From: Candidatus Spongiisociaceae bacterium
GTDB taxonomy: Bacteria; Actinomycetota; Acidimicrobiia; Spongiisociales; Spongiisociaceae
Assembly: GCA_965202665.1 (NCBI GenBank)
Contig: OZ241841.1
Location: 2,688,001-2,752,000, forward strand
DNA: 64,000 nt
Direction: 5' to 3'
Shown here: in pieces, positions 36,335-44,870 of the stretch
Layout of the letters: each line of letters starts with the position of its first letter
How positions within the stretch are numbered: the stretch's first letter is position 1
Notes under the pieces: model-generated
The model's input: only the letters and a program-made list of their open reading frames with translations
Databases searched by the model: none
Told to the model about the DNA's origin: nothing
Made by a program: the position numbers and the translations under genes

Positions 36335-37558
36335 TTAGCCGAAGGCCCCTTGGCGGCGGGCTTCGCTTATGCGCTCCGGGGGCCAGCCCAGTTCGGTAAA
36401 AACTTCCTCGGTGTGCTGGCCCGCTTCCGGGGCCGGGCCCTGCGGGGCGATGGGAACGCCGTCGATGCGGATCGGGGAGGCCACGGTGCGGAACTCCCCC
36501 GCCGTCGAATGCTCCAGCAACGGGAAAGAGCCCATCGCCTCCGCCTGCGGGTCGTCTGCCACTTCGGTGAGGCGGTTGGCCGGTCCCCACACCAACCCCG
36601 CCTCGTCCAAGATTTCCGCCCACTCCCCCAGGGTGCGGGAGGCGAAAGCCCCGTCCAACCGTTCCACTAGTTCTTCCATGTTGCGGTAGCGGGCGGAAGG
36701 GTCGGCGAACCGCTCGTCTTCGATCAACTCTTCCAGCCCCAAAGTGCGGCACAGGAGGGGCCACATCCGGCCGCCGGGCATGGTCAGGAACAGCCACCGG
36801 TCGTCGGCGGTGCGGTAGCGGTTGTTGAGGGCGGTGACCGCCCGGTTGCGGGCCCGCCGGGACGGTTGGCGGCCGTCGATCAGCACCGGGGCCAGTTCGG
36901 TGGCCATGGTCCACATCCCGGAGGCGTAGAGGCTGACCTCCGCCACCTGTCCCCTTCCCGTTTCCTCCGCTAAGCGCAGGGCTGCCAAAGTGGCGGCCAC
37001 GGCCGCCATCCCGGTGTTGTGGTCGCCGGGTCCGGTGGGGGGCATGGGGGCGTCCGCTTCGGGGCCGGTCATGGCCTCGGTAAGGCCCGCCCGCCCGAAG
37101 AAGGCGGTTACGTCGTAACCGGGGCGGCCCGCCTCCGGCCCCGTCCGTCCGTAGCCGCTCACCAAAGTAACCACCAGCCGCGGGTTGGCCGACAGCAGAC
37201 GTTGCGGAGCTATGCCGTATTTCTCCATCCGCTGCGGCAGCATGTTGGTGAGAAAAACCTGGGCGGAGGCGGCCAACTCCAACAAGGCGGTTACGCCGTC
37301 CGGACGGCGGAAATCCAAGGTGACGGAACGTTTCCCCCGGTTGCTGACCGTGAACGGATAATCCACCGCCGCCCGGTCCCCTTCCGTCTTCGGCTGGCGG
37401 ATCAAGCCCCGTACCGAATCCCCCTCCGGCGGCTCCACTTTGATCACGTCCGCCCCCAGGTCGGCCAGCACCGCCCCGGCCGAGGGGGCGGCGATCCAGT
37501 TGGCCGACTCGACTACCCGCACCCCGGCCAACGGCCCCGGCGTTTCCACTCCCGGCAT
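36335..37558 (-). CDS. CaiB/BaiF family III CoA-transferase
   Basis: L.G.RV......AAP......LADLGADVIKVE...GD, NRGKRS, GD...G, P..GQHT. Confidence 0.94.
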   Translation of the reverse strand: MPGVETPGPLAGVRVVESANWIAAPSAGAVLADLGADVIKVEPPEGDSVRGLIRQPKTEGDRAAVDYPFTVSNRGKRSVTLDFRRPDGVTALLELAASAQVFLTNMLPQRMEKYGIAPQRLLSANPRLVVTLVSGYGRTGPEAGRPGYDVTAFFGRAGLTEAMTGPEADAPMPPTGPGDHNTGMAAVAATLAALRLAEETGRGQVAEVSLYASGMWTMATELAPVLIDGRQPSRRARNRAVTALNNRYRTADDRWLFLTMPGGRMWPLLCRTLGLEELIEDERFADPSARYRNMEELVERLDGAFASRTLGEWAEILDEAGLVWGPANRLTEVADDPQAEAMGSFPLLEHSTAGEFRTVASPIRIDGVPIAPQGPAPEAGQHTEEVFTELGWPPERISEARRQGAFG

Positions 37559-37567
37559 CCCGGCCGG

Positions 37568-38455
37568 TCAGGTCACGGAAGCCTGGAAGATGGCCGCAAT
37601 GGAATCATCCAACGTCCGGTCGAACTCGGAGTCGCTCTGCCGAACATGCAGGCCTTCCAACAGGGCCCGGCTGAAACTGGCCGACATCCCCGGCTGGCGG
37701 GCCAGGCGGGAGTTGGCCTCCGCCTGGCTGTAGCCGCCGGACAGGGCCACCACCCGCGCCGTCCGCGGGTGGGCGATCAGTTCCGAATAGAAGCCGTCCT
37801 GGCTGGGGATGCTCAACTTGAACATCACCTGCTGGTTTTCGGCTAGGCCGTCCAAATGGTCGAAGACGGCCTCCAACAGCAAATATTCGGCTTGTTGCTT
37901 ATGGGGGCTGTTGATGTTCACCTCCGGCTCCAAGATGGGGAGCAGGCCCGCCTCCAAGATGCGAAGCCCGATGAGGAACTGCTGGTCCACCACGGCTTTG
38001 ATCCCGTCCGGGTCGGCCTCGTGCACCACCGACCGCATTTTGGTTCCGAACACGCCCTGCTCGCGGGCCGCCGCCAGCCTCTCGTCCAAGCCGGCGATGG
38101 GCGACATCAACTGCGCCCCCCGCGCCGGTTCCGCCAAGCCTTCGTCCGCTTTCAGGAAGGGGACCACCCCTTTCGCGTTCCACAGGTAATCGACCGCCCC
38201 CCGCCCTTCTATCTGACGGCCCAATGTGTCTTCAAACAGTATGGCCCCGTTGAGGCGGGTTCCGTCGAAGGCCGGGCTGGTGATAATGCGAGTGCGCATT
38301 TCGTGGATGCGGTCGAACATTTCCGCCGGGTTGGAATAGGATTCTTCGCCGAGGCCGTAACCGGCCAAAGCCCGGGGGCTGGAACCCCCGCTCTGGTCCA
38401 AGGCGGCGATGAAGCCTTGCCCCTCCCGCACCTTATGCAGTTGCTGTTCGTTCAT
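37568..38455 (-). CDS. Class I fructose-bisphosphate aldolase (bacterial Fda type)
   Basis: GFIAALDQSGGS.P.AL, AILFE.T, FGTKMRS, ALSGGY, SFSRAL. Confidence 0.95.
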   Translation of the reverse strand: MNEQQLHKVREGQGFIAALDQSGGSSPRALAGYGLGEESYSNPAEMFDRIHEMRTRIITSPAFDGTRLNGAILFEDTLGRQIEGRGAVDYLWNAKGVVPFLKADEGLAEPARGAQLMSPIAGLDERLAAAREQGVFGTKMRSVVHEADPDGIKAVVDQQFLIGLRILEAGLLPILEPEVNINSPHKQQAEYLLLEAVFDHLDGLAENQQVMFKLSIPSQDGFYSELIAHPRTARVVALSGGYSQAEANSRLARQPGMSASFSRALLEGLHVRQSDSEFDRTLDDSIAAIFQASVT

Positions 38456-38577
38456 TTCCCTCGTTTCCCGAACGCCGAACGTCCGTCCCTAACGATACAC
38501 TCCCCGCCGCCCTTCCCTATTCCATTACGGCGGCGGGCGCCGGCGTCCGGGCCGCGTGACCGGTTAATACAGGGCTG

Positions 38578-38586
38578 TGATATGAT
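38578..38586 (+). promoter_or_regulatory. Extended -10 promoter, probably leaderless, for the giant surface protein
   Basis: TGa-TATGAT ends 7 nt before ATG 38594. Confidence 0.5.
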
Positions 38587-38593
38587 GCCCCCT

Positions 38594-41500
38594 ATGCTCC
38601 TCACCTGGAGGAAAATCATAAAACGTTGCCTGGTAGTCATGCTGACGGTGAGTCTGATGGGGATCGCGGCGGCGGTTCCGGCGGGAGCGGAGTCCGGTGA
38701 TACGGTCATTTCTTTGAGTTTCACCGACGCCGCGTTGTCGGTGGTCGCCGAAGTTTCCGAAGACGGGGGGCCCCGGACGGTGCGGGTGGCGGCATCGGTG
38801 GCATCGGCCCCTGATTCGGATGTGACGGTGACGGTGACGGTGGGAGATTCGGGAGGGACCGCCGTCGCCGGGAGTTGCGCGGGCGTCGGGGCTTCGCAGA
38901 CGTGCTCCGGCGATTACCGGGCCGGTGTCTCGTCGGCGACGGTTACTATCGGAGCGGGGGCGACCAGCGGTTTCTCCGATGCCTTCGTCATCACCCCCCA
39001 CCGCGACGAGATTACCGAAGACGACGAAACGATCCGATTCGCCGGTACCGTCGCCGTCTCCGGGTACAAAGTGAACTCGGCCGACCTGCGGATCGCCGAC
39101 GCCGACCGGGGCATCATTCTTACTTTGTCCAATCCTGTTATGACCGAGCGGGGAGACAGGGCGGGCGGAACGGCGGAGAATGTTTGCGACTGCCGACCGG
39201 CGGGGGCGCATCGGACGAAGTTGACGGCTGCCGTGAGCGGGGCCTCCTCCACCTACGGCTCCGATCTGCGGATGCTGGTGGCTTTCCAGGACGGAACCGC
39301 TACCCGGGGTTCCGGCGGTGATTGGCACACTGAGCACGGAGGAGACGCTCCGCAGGCCTACGTAACTATTCCGGCCGGCTCCGTTTCCGCGGACGCGGAC
39401 CGTACCTTGGAATTTTTTTCCTGGGTGGACGATACGGCGGAACTGGATGAAACCTTCTCGGTCACGGTTACCGCGTCCGATGGGAGTCCGTTGCCGGGGT
39501 TCACGGTGTCCCCGGTTGAGATGACCATTGTGGATGACGATGCGCCGGTAACCCTGACCTTGAGTCGAACCTCGGTGGCGGAAGGACATGCCGGTTCTTT
39601 GACGATTACCGCCGAAATGCCCGGCGCCTCGCGTTCGGCTATCGGTTCCGCTTTGAGCCTTGCGATTACGGCGCAGGCCGCTACGGGGGATTTCGGGGCT
39701 GATGCAGGCGATTATTCGTATTCGGATACTACCGTCGTCATTCCCGCCCGCTCCACCGCCTCCTCCGCCGTCCCTTTGGGTTTGAGGATTATTGATGACA
39801 CGGTGGTTGATGCGGGGAGCGGGTCGGGGAATGTGGAGCGGTTGTCCATCGGAGCGCTCCAGCCGGCGGGGCTGACTTCCGCTATCCAACCGGCCGCTTT
39901 GGAAATTACCGACAACGATGCGCGGGTGGCGCTGACCGCCGATGCGGTTCCGGAGGGCGGGAGCGGTTCCGATGTGAACGTGTCGGCTTCTTTCCTCGAT
40001 ACGGTCACCGCCTCGCATCTAACCGCCGACACGGTAGTTACGTTGGATGTGAAGGCCGCAACCCCGGCGGGGACCGGTCTGGTTGGGGCAACCGAATTTT
40101 CTTACTCCCCGACTGCGGCCAATACGGTGACCATTCCCGCCGGGGCGGTCGCCTCTTCCCTACCGGGGAAGTTGACCGGGCTGACCATAAACCAGGACGC
40201 CGTCGTGGAAGGGCCGGAAACGTTGCTGCTAGAGGGCGCCTCCCGATTCGAAAAAGCGACGGCGGAAGTGACGGTGCAAGACGACGATTCCGCCATTACC
40301 CTGTCGGCGGCGCCGGGGTCGGTGGTGGAAGGCGCATCCCCCCGGGAGGTAACCGTCACCGCCCGATTCGCCGGTTCCTCCTCCCTGCTTAAAACGTCCA
40401 CCAACGTGGAGGCGACGATTACCGGCAGCAATGGAGCCGTTCGGGGCGCGGGGGGAGATTTCACCACCGATCAAGAAAACGGCTCTTTTACCATCACCAT
40501 CCCAGCAGAGCAGACTAGCGGGACCCAGACCATCCGGCTCACCGCACGCGACGACGGCGACTTCTCGGAAGGAGACGAGAAGGCGGCGGTGTCGGGGTCG
40601 GCTTTGGTGGGCGGGGCGGCGGCGGCGGTGACCGGAACGGAAATAACCATCCAAGACCCGATTCCGGTTACGCTCAGTTTCACCGACGGCTCCCCCTCCC
40701 CCGCCGCCATTACCTCCCTACGCGAGGAGGGCGGAACGCAAACGGTGCGGGTAAAAGCCGCCGTAGATGCCGCCCCCGCCGCCGACTTGACGGTAAACAT
40801 AACCACAGGAGGCGGTTCCGCGCTTCCCGGGGCAGACAACGACTACGTCTCCTCAGCGAACTCGGCGCAGGTGATCATCAAAGCGGGCGAAACCAGCGGA
40901 CTATCCCCCGCCCTCACCATCACCGTCGCCGACGACACCGCAACCGAAGGCGGCGAAACCATCCGCTTCACCGGAACCGTCGCCGAAGCCGGGTACGGAG
41001 TGCGCGGAGCCGACCTGACCATAACCGACAACGACGACAATATCGTCCTGTCAGTCAGCCCGGACACGATAGTGGAACGCTCCACGGCCAACCTGATAAC
41101 AGTCACCGCTACCTTTGCCGGAGCCGCCTCCTCCGCCCTAGCCGCCGACACCGAAGTAACGGTAAGCGTGGCGGGCGCCGCCGGAGCGGAGGGGGCCGTT
41201 GCAGGACCCGGCGCTGACTTCACAACCGACCAGACAGGAGCTTTTACGGTCGTCATCCCGGCGGCGCAGATTAGCGGGACCCAGACCTTCCGGCTCACCG
41301 CCCGCGACGACCACGACGACGCAGAGGGAGACGAGAAGGCGGCGGTGTCGGGGTCGGCTTTGGTGGGCGGGGCGGCGGCGGCGGTGACCGGGACGGAGAT
41401 AACCATCCAAGATCCGATTCCGGTTGTGCTCAGTTTCACCGACGGCGCCCTCTCCCCCGCCGCCATTACCTCCCTACGCGAGGAGGGCGGGGCGCAAACG

Positions 41501-44500
41501 GTGCGGGTAAAAGCCGGAGTGGATGCCGCCCCCGCCGCCGACCTGACGGTGAACGTAACCGCGGGCGCTACAGGGGGTTCCGCCCTCCCCGGGGTCGGCA
41601 ACGATTATGTTTCCTCCGCCAGCTCGGCGCAGGTGATCATCAAAGCGGGCGAAACCAGCGGATTATCCCCCTCCCTAACCATCACCGTCGCCGACGACGC
41701 CGTAGCCGAAGGCGACGAATCCATACGCTTCACCGCAACCGCCTCTGCGGCCGGTGATCGAATATCTTCGGCCTACCTGACCATAGAAGACGACGATGAC
41801 GATATTGTCCTGTCGGTCAACCCGGATACGGTAGTGGAACGCCCCTCGGCCAATCTGATATCGGTTACCGCCTCCTTCGCCACAGCCGCCTCCTCCGCCC
41901 TGACCGCCGACACCGACGTGACGGTGAGCGTGGCGGGCGGTTCCGGCGCTGACGGGGCCGCCATGGGAGCGAGCGGCGATTTCACCACCGATATAGACGG
42001 CGGCGCCTTCACGGTCACCATCCCGGGCGGACAGTTGAGCGGAACCGGGCTCTTCCGACTAACCGCCCCCCCGGACGACGACTCCGAAGGCGCCGAGAAG
42101 GCGGGCGTCTCCGGAGCGGCCGCCGTGGGCGGACGGGCGGTTGCGGTAACCGGCGACGAGGTGAGCATCGTTGATACCGGAGTCAAGCTGTCGGTGACCG
42201 ACCCGTCCGACGGGTCGGCGGTAACAGCGGTGAACGAAGCGGCGGTGGCGGCTCGCACCGTTCGAGTGACCGCCGTTTTGCCATCGGGGACAACCGCGGG
42301 CGCAGGCGGAGTAACGGTTCCCTTTGATCTAGCGAGCGGCTCCGCCGTTTTGGACTCCGACGGATCCACCTTCGGAACAGGGGAAGATTTCCAAGTCATC
42401 TACCCAGGATCGGACCCGGTGGAAGACGACGGGTTCGCCTCCGGGATTGCCATCCCCTCCGGGAATTCATCCCATTACATGGACATAACGCTGGCGGTAA
42501 ATGACGATGCGGTCGCCGAAGGAAGCGAAACCATTCTGCTAAGAGGAGGGGAAGTGACCCTTTCCGATACCGCATACGCGGTGGTGGGCAGCCAGCTGGA
42601 AATCATCGACAACGACGCGTCCCCGACGGTGATCAACCTCACCTTGCTTTCCGCCTCCGACGCCGACCTAGCGGGAGTGGCGGAAGACAGCGGAACAACC
42701 AAAGTGCGGGTGCGCGCCTCTTTCGCCGGAGGCAAGTCGTTGCCCTGGGAGGTGACGGTTCCCATACAGGTAGGAGTAGAAGGCCGCGGCGGATTCTCCG
42801 CCGGATACAACCCTTGCAATCCGCCCCAGAATTTAATAGAGGTGAGCTTAGGCGGAAGCGGAACCCTGGCCATAACGGGCGACACCGCCTCCTCCGGAAG
42901 CGATTACACCGCGGTTACCGGGCTGTCGGTGACAATCCCAGCCTTCTCAACATCTGGGATCGCCGAGTTTGATTTGGCGGTGACGGACGATTCGCAACGC
43001 GAAGGGACAGAATCATTAACGGTGGACGGCGATCCCGAAGGGACGCTGAACCGGTTCACGGTCAACGACGACGCCTTGCTGATTTACGATGACGAGCAAC
43101 CCCTTTCCGCAGTTGACATCACGTTGCTGGATTCCGCTGATCGTCCCATATCGCAAGTGAGCGAGGGAAGCGCCGCTAGCGTGACCGTTCAACTTTCCTA
43201 CCCGGGAGAGGTGACTTTGGACGAGGAACGCACCGTCTGGGTAGTGGTGGAGGAAGTGACCGCCAAGTACCGGGTGGATTACGACATATATTGCGTGATT
43301 AAGCGGGCACTCACCATCCCCGCCAATCAACAACGAGTGGAAGACTCCTTCGGTTTGATAACCAGCGGCGTCCCCTACGATGACAACGTGGTGGAGGGGG
43401 ACGAAACTTTGCGGGTAACGGGGGAGCTGGCCGGATACGGCTTCACGCCGAGGATTTTGACCATCAAAGACGACGATGTGCGGCCCTCCCGGATTGAGCT
43501 GAATGTTTCCCCGGCGACCGTTGCCGAGAACGTAGGGGAAGAGGCGCAGTCGATGACGGTTACCGCCAAGTTCCCGGACAACTCCGCGGTCCTTACCTCC
43601 GACACCGTGGTGACGATCACGATAGGCGGCGACGCCCGCTCCGGGGAGGACTATAAGGACTTGTCGGTGGAAAGCCCCTTCTCCATTACCATCCCCGCCG
43701 GATCGCGGCAGGGGCAACAGAAGATGACGGTGGCGATCGTAGACGACGTCGTCTACGAAGAAGACAATAAACAGATAGCTTTCACCGGCTCCGCTAGCGG
43801 GTTCACAGTCGAGGGAGCGTCGCTGACCATAACAGACGACGACCCCGCCCCTCCCAACGCACCGGACTACCCGCCGGGTACTAATCCGCCGGACGACCCC
43901 CCAGGCACCAATCCGCCGGACGACCCTGAGCCGCCGGAAACCAACCCCCCGGACGAACCGCCGGGCGCTAATCCGCCGGACGACCCCCCAGACAGCAATC
44001 CCCCGGACGACCCTGAGCCGCCGGAAACCAACCCCCCGGACGAACCGCCGGGCGCTAATCCGCCGGACGACCCCCCAGACAGCAATCCCCCGGACGACCC
44101 TGAGCCGCCGGAAACCAGCCCGCCGGTTGCCCCCGAGGAGCCAACCGTTAACAACCCGCCGCCGCCCGCCCCCCAGCCGCCCCGCCCCCCGCCCCCCGTC
44201 GTAGTTAACGACGGCGTCCCCGCTCCGCCGGCCCCGGCTCCTTTAATCCCGTCGCAACCGCCGTCGGAGCAGTCAGCCTGCCAGGGCCGGTTCTGCGACG
44301 AGGACGACAGCATCCACGCCGCGAACATCGAGCAGATCGCCGAATGGCGGATCACGCTGGGCTGCGACGCCGGCGATCCGACCATGTTTTGCCCTTCGGG
44401 CCTGATCACCCGCCGCCAGATGGCCGCCTTCCTTTACCGGGCCGCCTCATTACGGCCAAGCGCTCCGGCTTCGCAGGAAGTGACTATTACGGACGTGCCC

Positions 44501-44857
44501 GCCGACGCCTGGTACCGCCCCTTCGCCGACTGGGCGGTGTCGGTGGGATCGTTCACAGCCCCGCGCGGGGTGTTCGACCCGAACGGGGTGGTCACCAGGG
44601 CCGATATGGCGGTAATGATGACCGCCGCCTTCCCCCACATTGCGGAAAAAGAAGAACCGGACGGCCTGTTCGCTGATACGGACCACTTGGATCCGGCGAC
44701 GGTGCGCGCCATCGAAGGAATGTACGAGGCGGGGGTTACCAGAGGATGCGCCGCCGCCCCGCTTAGCTACTGCCCCGACCAGCCGGTCACCCGCGCGCAG
44801 ATGGCCTCCTTCTTCGTGCGCGCCATAAACCTCGCCCCGGCCGAGGCCGAACTCTAG
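38594..44857 (+). CDS. Giant secreted surface protein (~2087 aa): Calx-beta/Ig-like repeats, Pro-rich stalk, C-terminal SLH domains
   Basis: Signal peptide (…AVPAGA); repeated V.E…DY/DF…TIPAG…DD…EG.E…I.DDD units; C-terminal ITRRQMAAFL, VTRADMA and VTRAQMASF SLH motifs. Confidence 0.88.
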   Translation: MLLTWRKIIKRCLVVMLTVSLMGIAAAVPAGAESGDTVISLSFTDAALSVVAEVSEDGGPRTVRVAASVASAPDSDVTVTVTVGDSGGTAVAGSCAGVGASQTCSGDYRAGVSSATVTIGAGATSGFSDAFVITPHRDEITEDDETIRFAGTVAVSGYKVNSADLRIADADRGIILTLSNPVMTERGDRAGGTAENVCDCRPAGAHRTKLTAAVSGASSTYGSDLRMLVAFQDGTATRGSGGDWHTEHGGDAPQAYVTIPAGSVSADADRTLEFFSWVDDTAELDETFSVTVTASDGSPLPGFTVSPVEMTIVDDDAPVTLTLSRTSVAEGHAGSLTITAEMPGASRSAIGSALSLAITAQAATGDFGADAGDYSYSDTTVVIPARSTASSAVPLGLRIIDDTVVDAGSGSGNVERLSIGALQPAGLTSAIQPAALEITDNDARVALTADAVPEGGSGSDVNVSASFLDTVTASHLTADTVVTLDVKAATPAGTGLVGATEFSYSPTAANTVTIPAGAVASSLPGKLTGLTINQDAVVEGPETLLLEGASRFEKATAEVTVQDDDSAITLSAAPGSVVEGASPREVTVTARFAGSSSLLKTSTNVEATITGSNGAVRGAGGDFTTDQENGSFTITIPAEQTSGTQTIRLTARDDGDFSEGDEKAAVSGSALVGGAAAAVTGTEITIQDPIPVTLSFTDGSPSPAAITSLREEGGTQTVRVKAAVDAAPAADLTVNITTGGGSALPGADNDYVSSANSAQVIIKAGETSGLSPALTITVADDTATEGGETIRFTGTVAEAGYGVRGADLTITDNDDNIVLSVSPDTIVERSTANLITVTATFAGAASSALAADTEVTVSVAGAAGAEGAVAGPGADFTTDQTGAFTVVIPAAQISGTQTFRLTARDDHDDAEGDEKAAVSGSALVGGAAAAVTGTEITIQDPIPVVLSFTDGALSPAAITSLREEGGAQTVRVKAGVDAAPAADLTVNVTAGATGGSALPGVGNDYVSSASSAQVIIKAGETSGLSPSLTITVADDAVAEGDESIRFTATASAAGDRISSAYLTIEDDDDDIVLSVNPDTVVERPSANLISVTASFATAASSALTADTDVTVSVAGGSGADGAAMGASGDFTTDIDGGAFTVTIPGGQLSGTGLFRLTAPPDDDSEGAEKAGVSGAAAVGGRAVAVTGDEVSIVDTGVKLSVTDPSDGSAVTAVNEAAVAARTVRVTAVLPSGTTAGAGGVTVPFDLASGSAVLDSDGSTFGTGEDFQVIYPGSDPVEDDGFASGIAIPSGNSSHYMDITLAVNDDAVAEGSETILLRGGEVTLSDTAYAVVGSQLEIIDNDASPTVINLTLLSASDADLAGVAEDSGTTKVRVRASFAGGKSLPWEVTVPIQVGVEGRGGFSAGYNPCNPPQNLIEVSLGGSGTLAITGDTASSGSDYTAVTGLSVTIPAFSTSGIAEFDLAVTDDSQREGTESLTVDGDPEGTLNRFTVNDDALLIYDDEQPLSAVDITLLDSADRPISQVSEGSAASVTVQLSYPGEVTLDEERTVWVVVEEVTAKYRVDYDIYCVIKRALTIPANQQRVEDSFGLITSGVPYDDNVVEGDETLRVTGELAGYGFTPRILTIKDDDVRPSRIELNVSPATVAENVGEEAQSMTVTAKFPDNSAVLTSDTVVTITIGGDARSGEDYKDLSVESPFSITIPAGSRQGQQKMTVAIVDDVVYEEDNKQIAFTGSASGFTVEGASLTITDDDPAPPNAPDYPPGTNPPDDPPGTNPPDDPEPPETNPPDEPPGANPPDDPPDSNPPDDPEPPETNPPDEPPGANPPDDPPDSNPPDDPEPPETSPPVAPEEPTVNNPPPPAPQPPRPPPPVVVNDGVPAPPAPAPLIPSQPPSEQSACQGRFCDEDDSIHAANIEQIAEWRITLGCDAGDPTMFCPSGLITRRQMAAFLYRAASLRPSAPASQEVTITDVPADAWYRPFADWAVSVGSFTAPRGVFDPNGVVTRADMAVMMTAAFPHIAEKEEPDGLFADTDHLDPATVRAIEGMYEAGVTRGCAAAPLSYCPDQPVTRAQMASFFVRAINLAPAEAEL
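40516..41740 (+). repeat. Internal tandem duplication (offset ~756 bp) in the surface protein gene
   Basis: GGAGACGAGAAGGCGGCGGTGTCGGGGTCGGCTTTGGTGGGCGGGGCGGCGGCGGCGGTGACCGG and flanking sequence recur almost exactly at about 40570 and 41328. Confidence 0.9.
43850..44120 (+). repeat. Pro/Asp-rich tandem repeat with an 87-bp unit
   Basis: GACCCTGAGCCGCCGGAAACC at 43922, 44009 and 44096; encodes (DPEPPETNPPDEPPGANPPDDPPDSNPPD)x2+. Confidence 0.92.
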
Positions 44858-44870
44858 GATCGAAGACGCG

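Noticed and set aside
37856-38593. N-terminal 245 aa of the 2333-aa ORF
   Set aside because: Overlaps the aldolase antisense; the signal peptide and promoter place the start near 38594.
40516-41740. Near-identical repeats as a DGR template/variable pair
   Set aside because: Both copies lie within one ORF, differences are not confined to adenines, and there is no reverse transcriptase in the window.
43850-44120. Regular repeats as a CRISPR array
   Set aside because: In-frame coding tandem repeat with no unique spacers and no cas genes.
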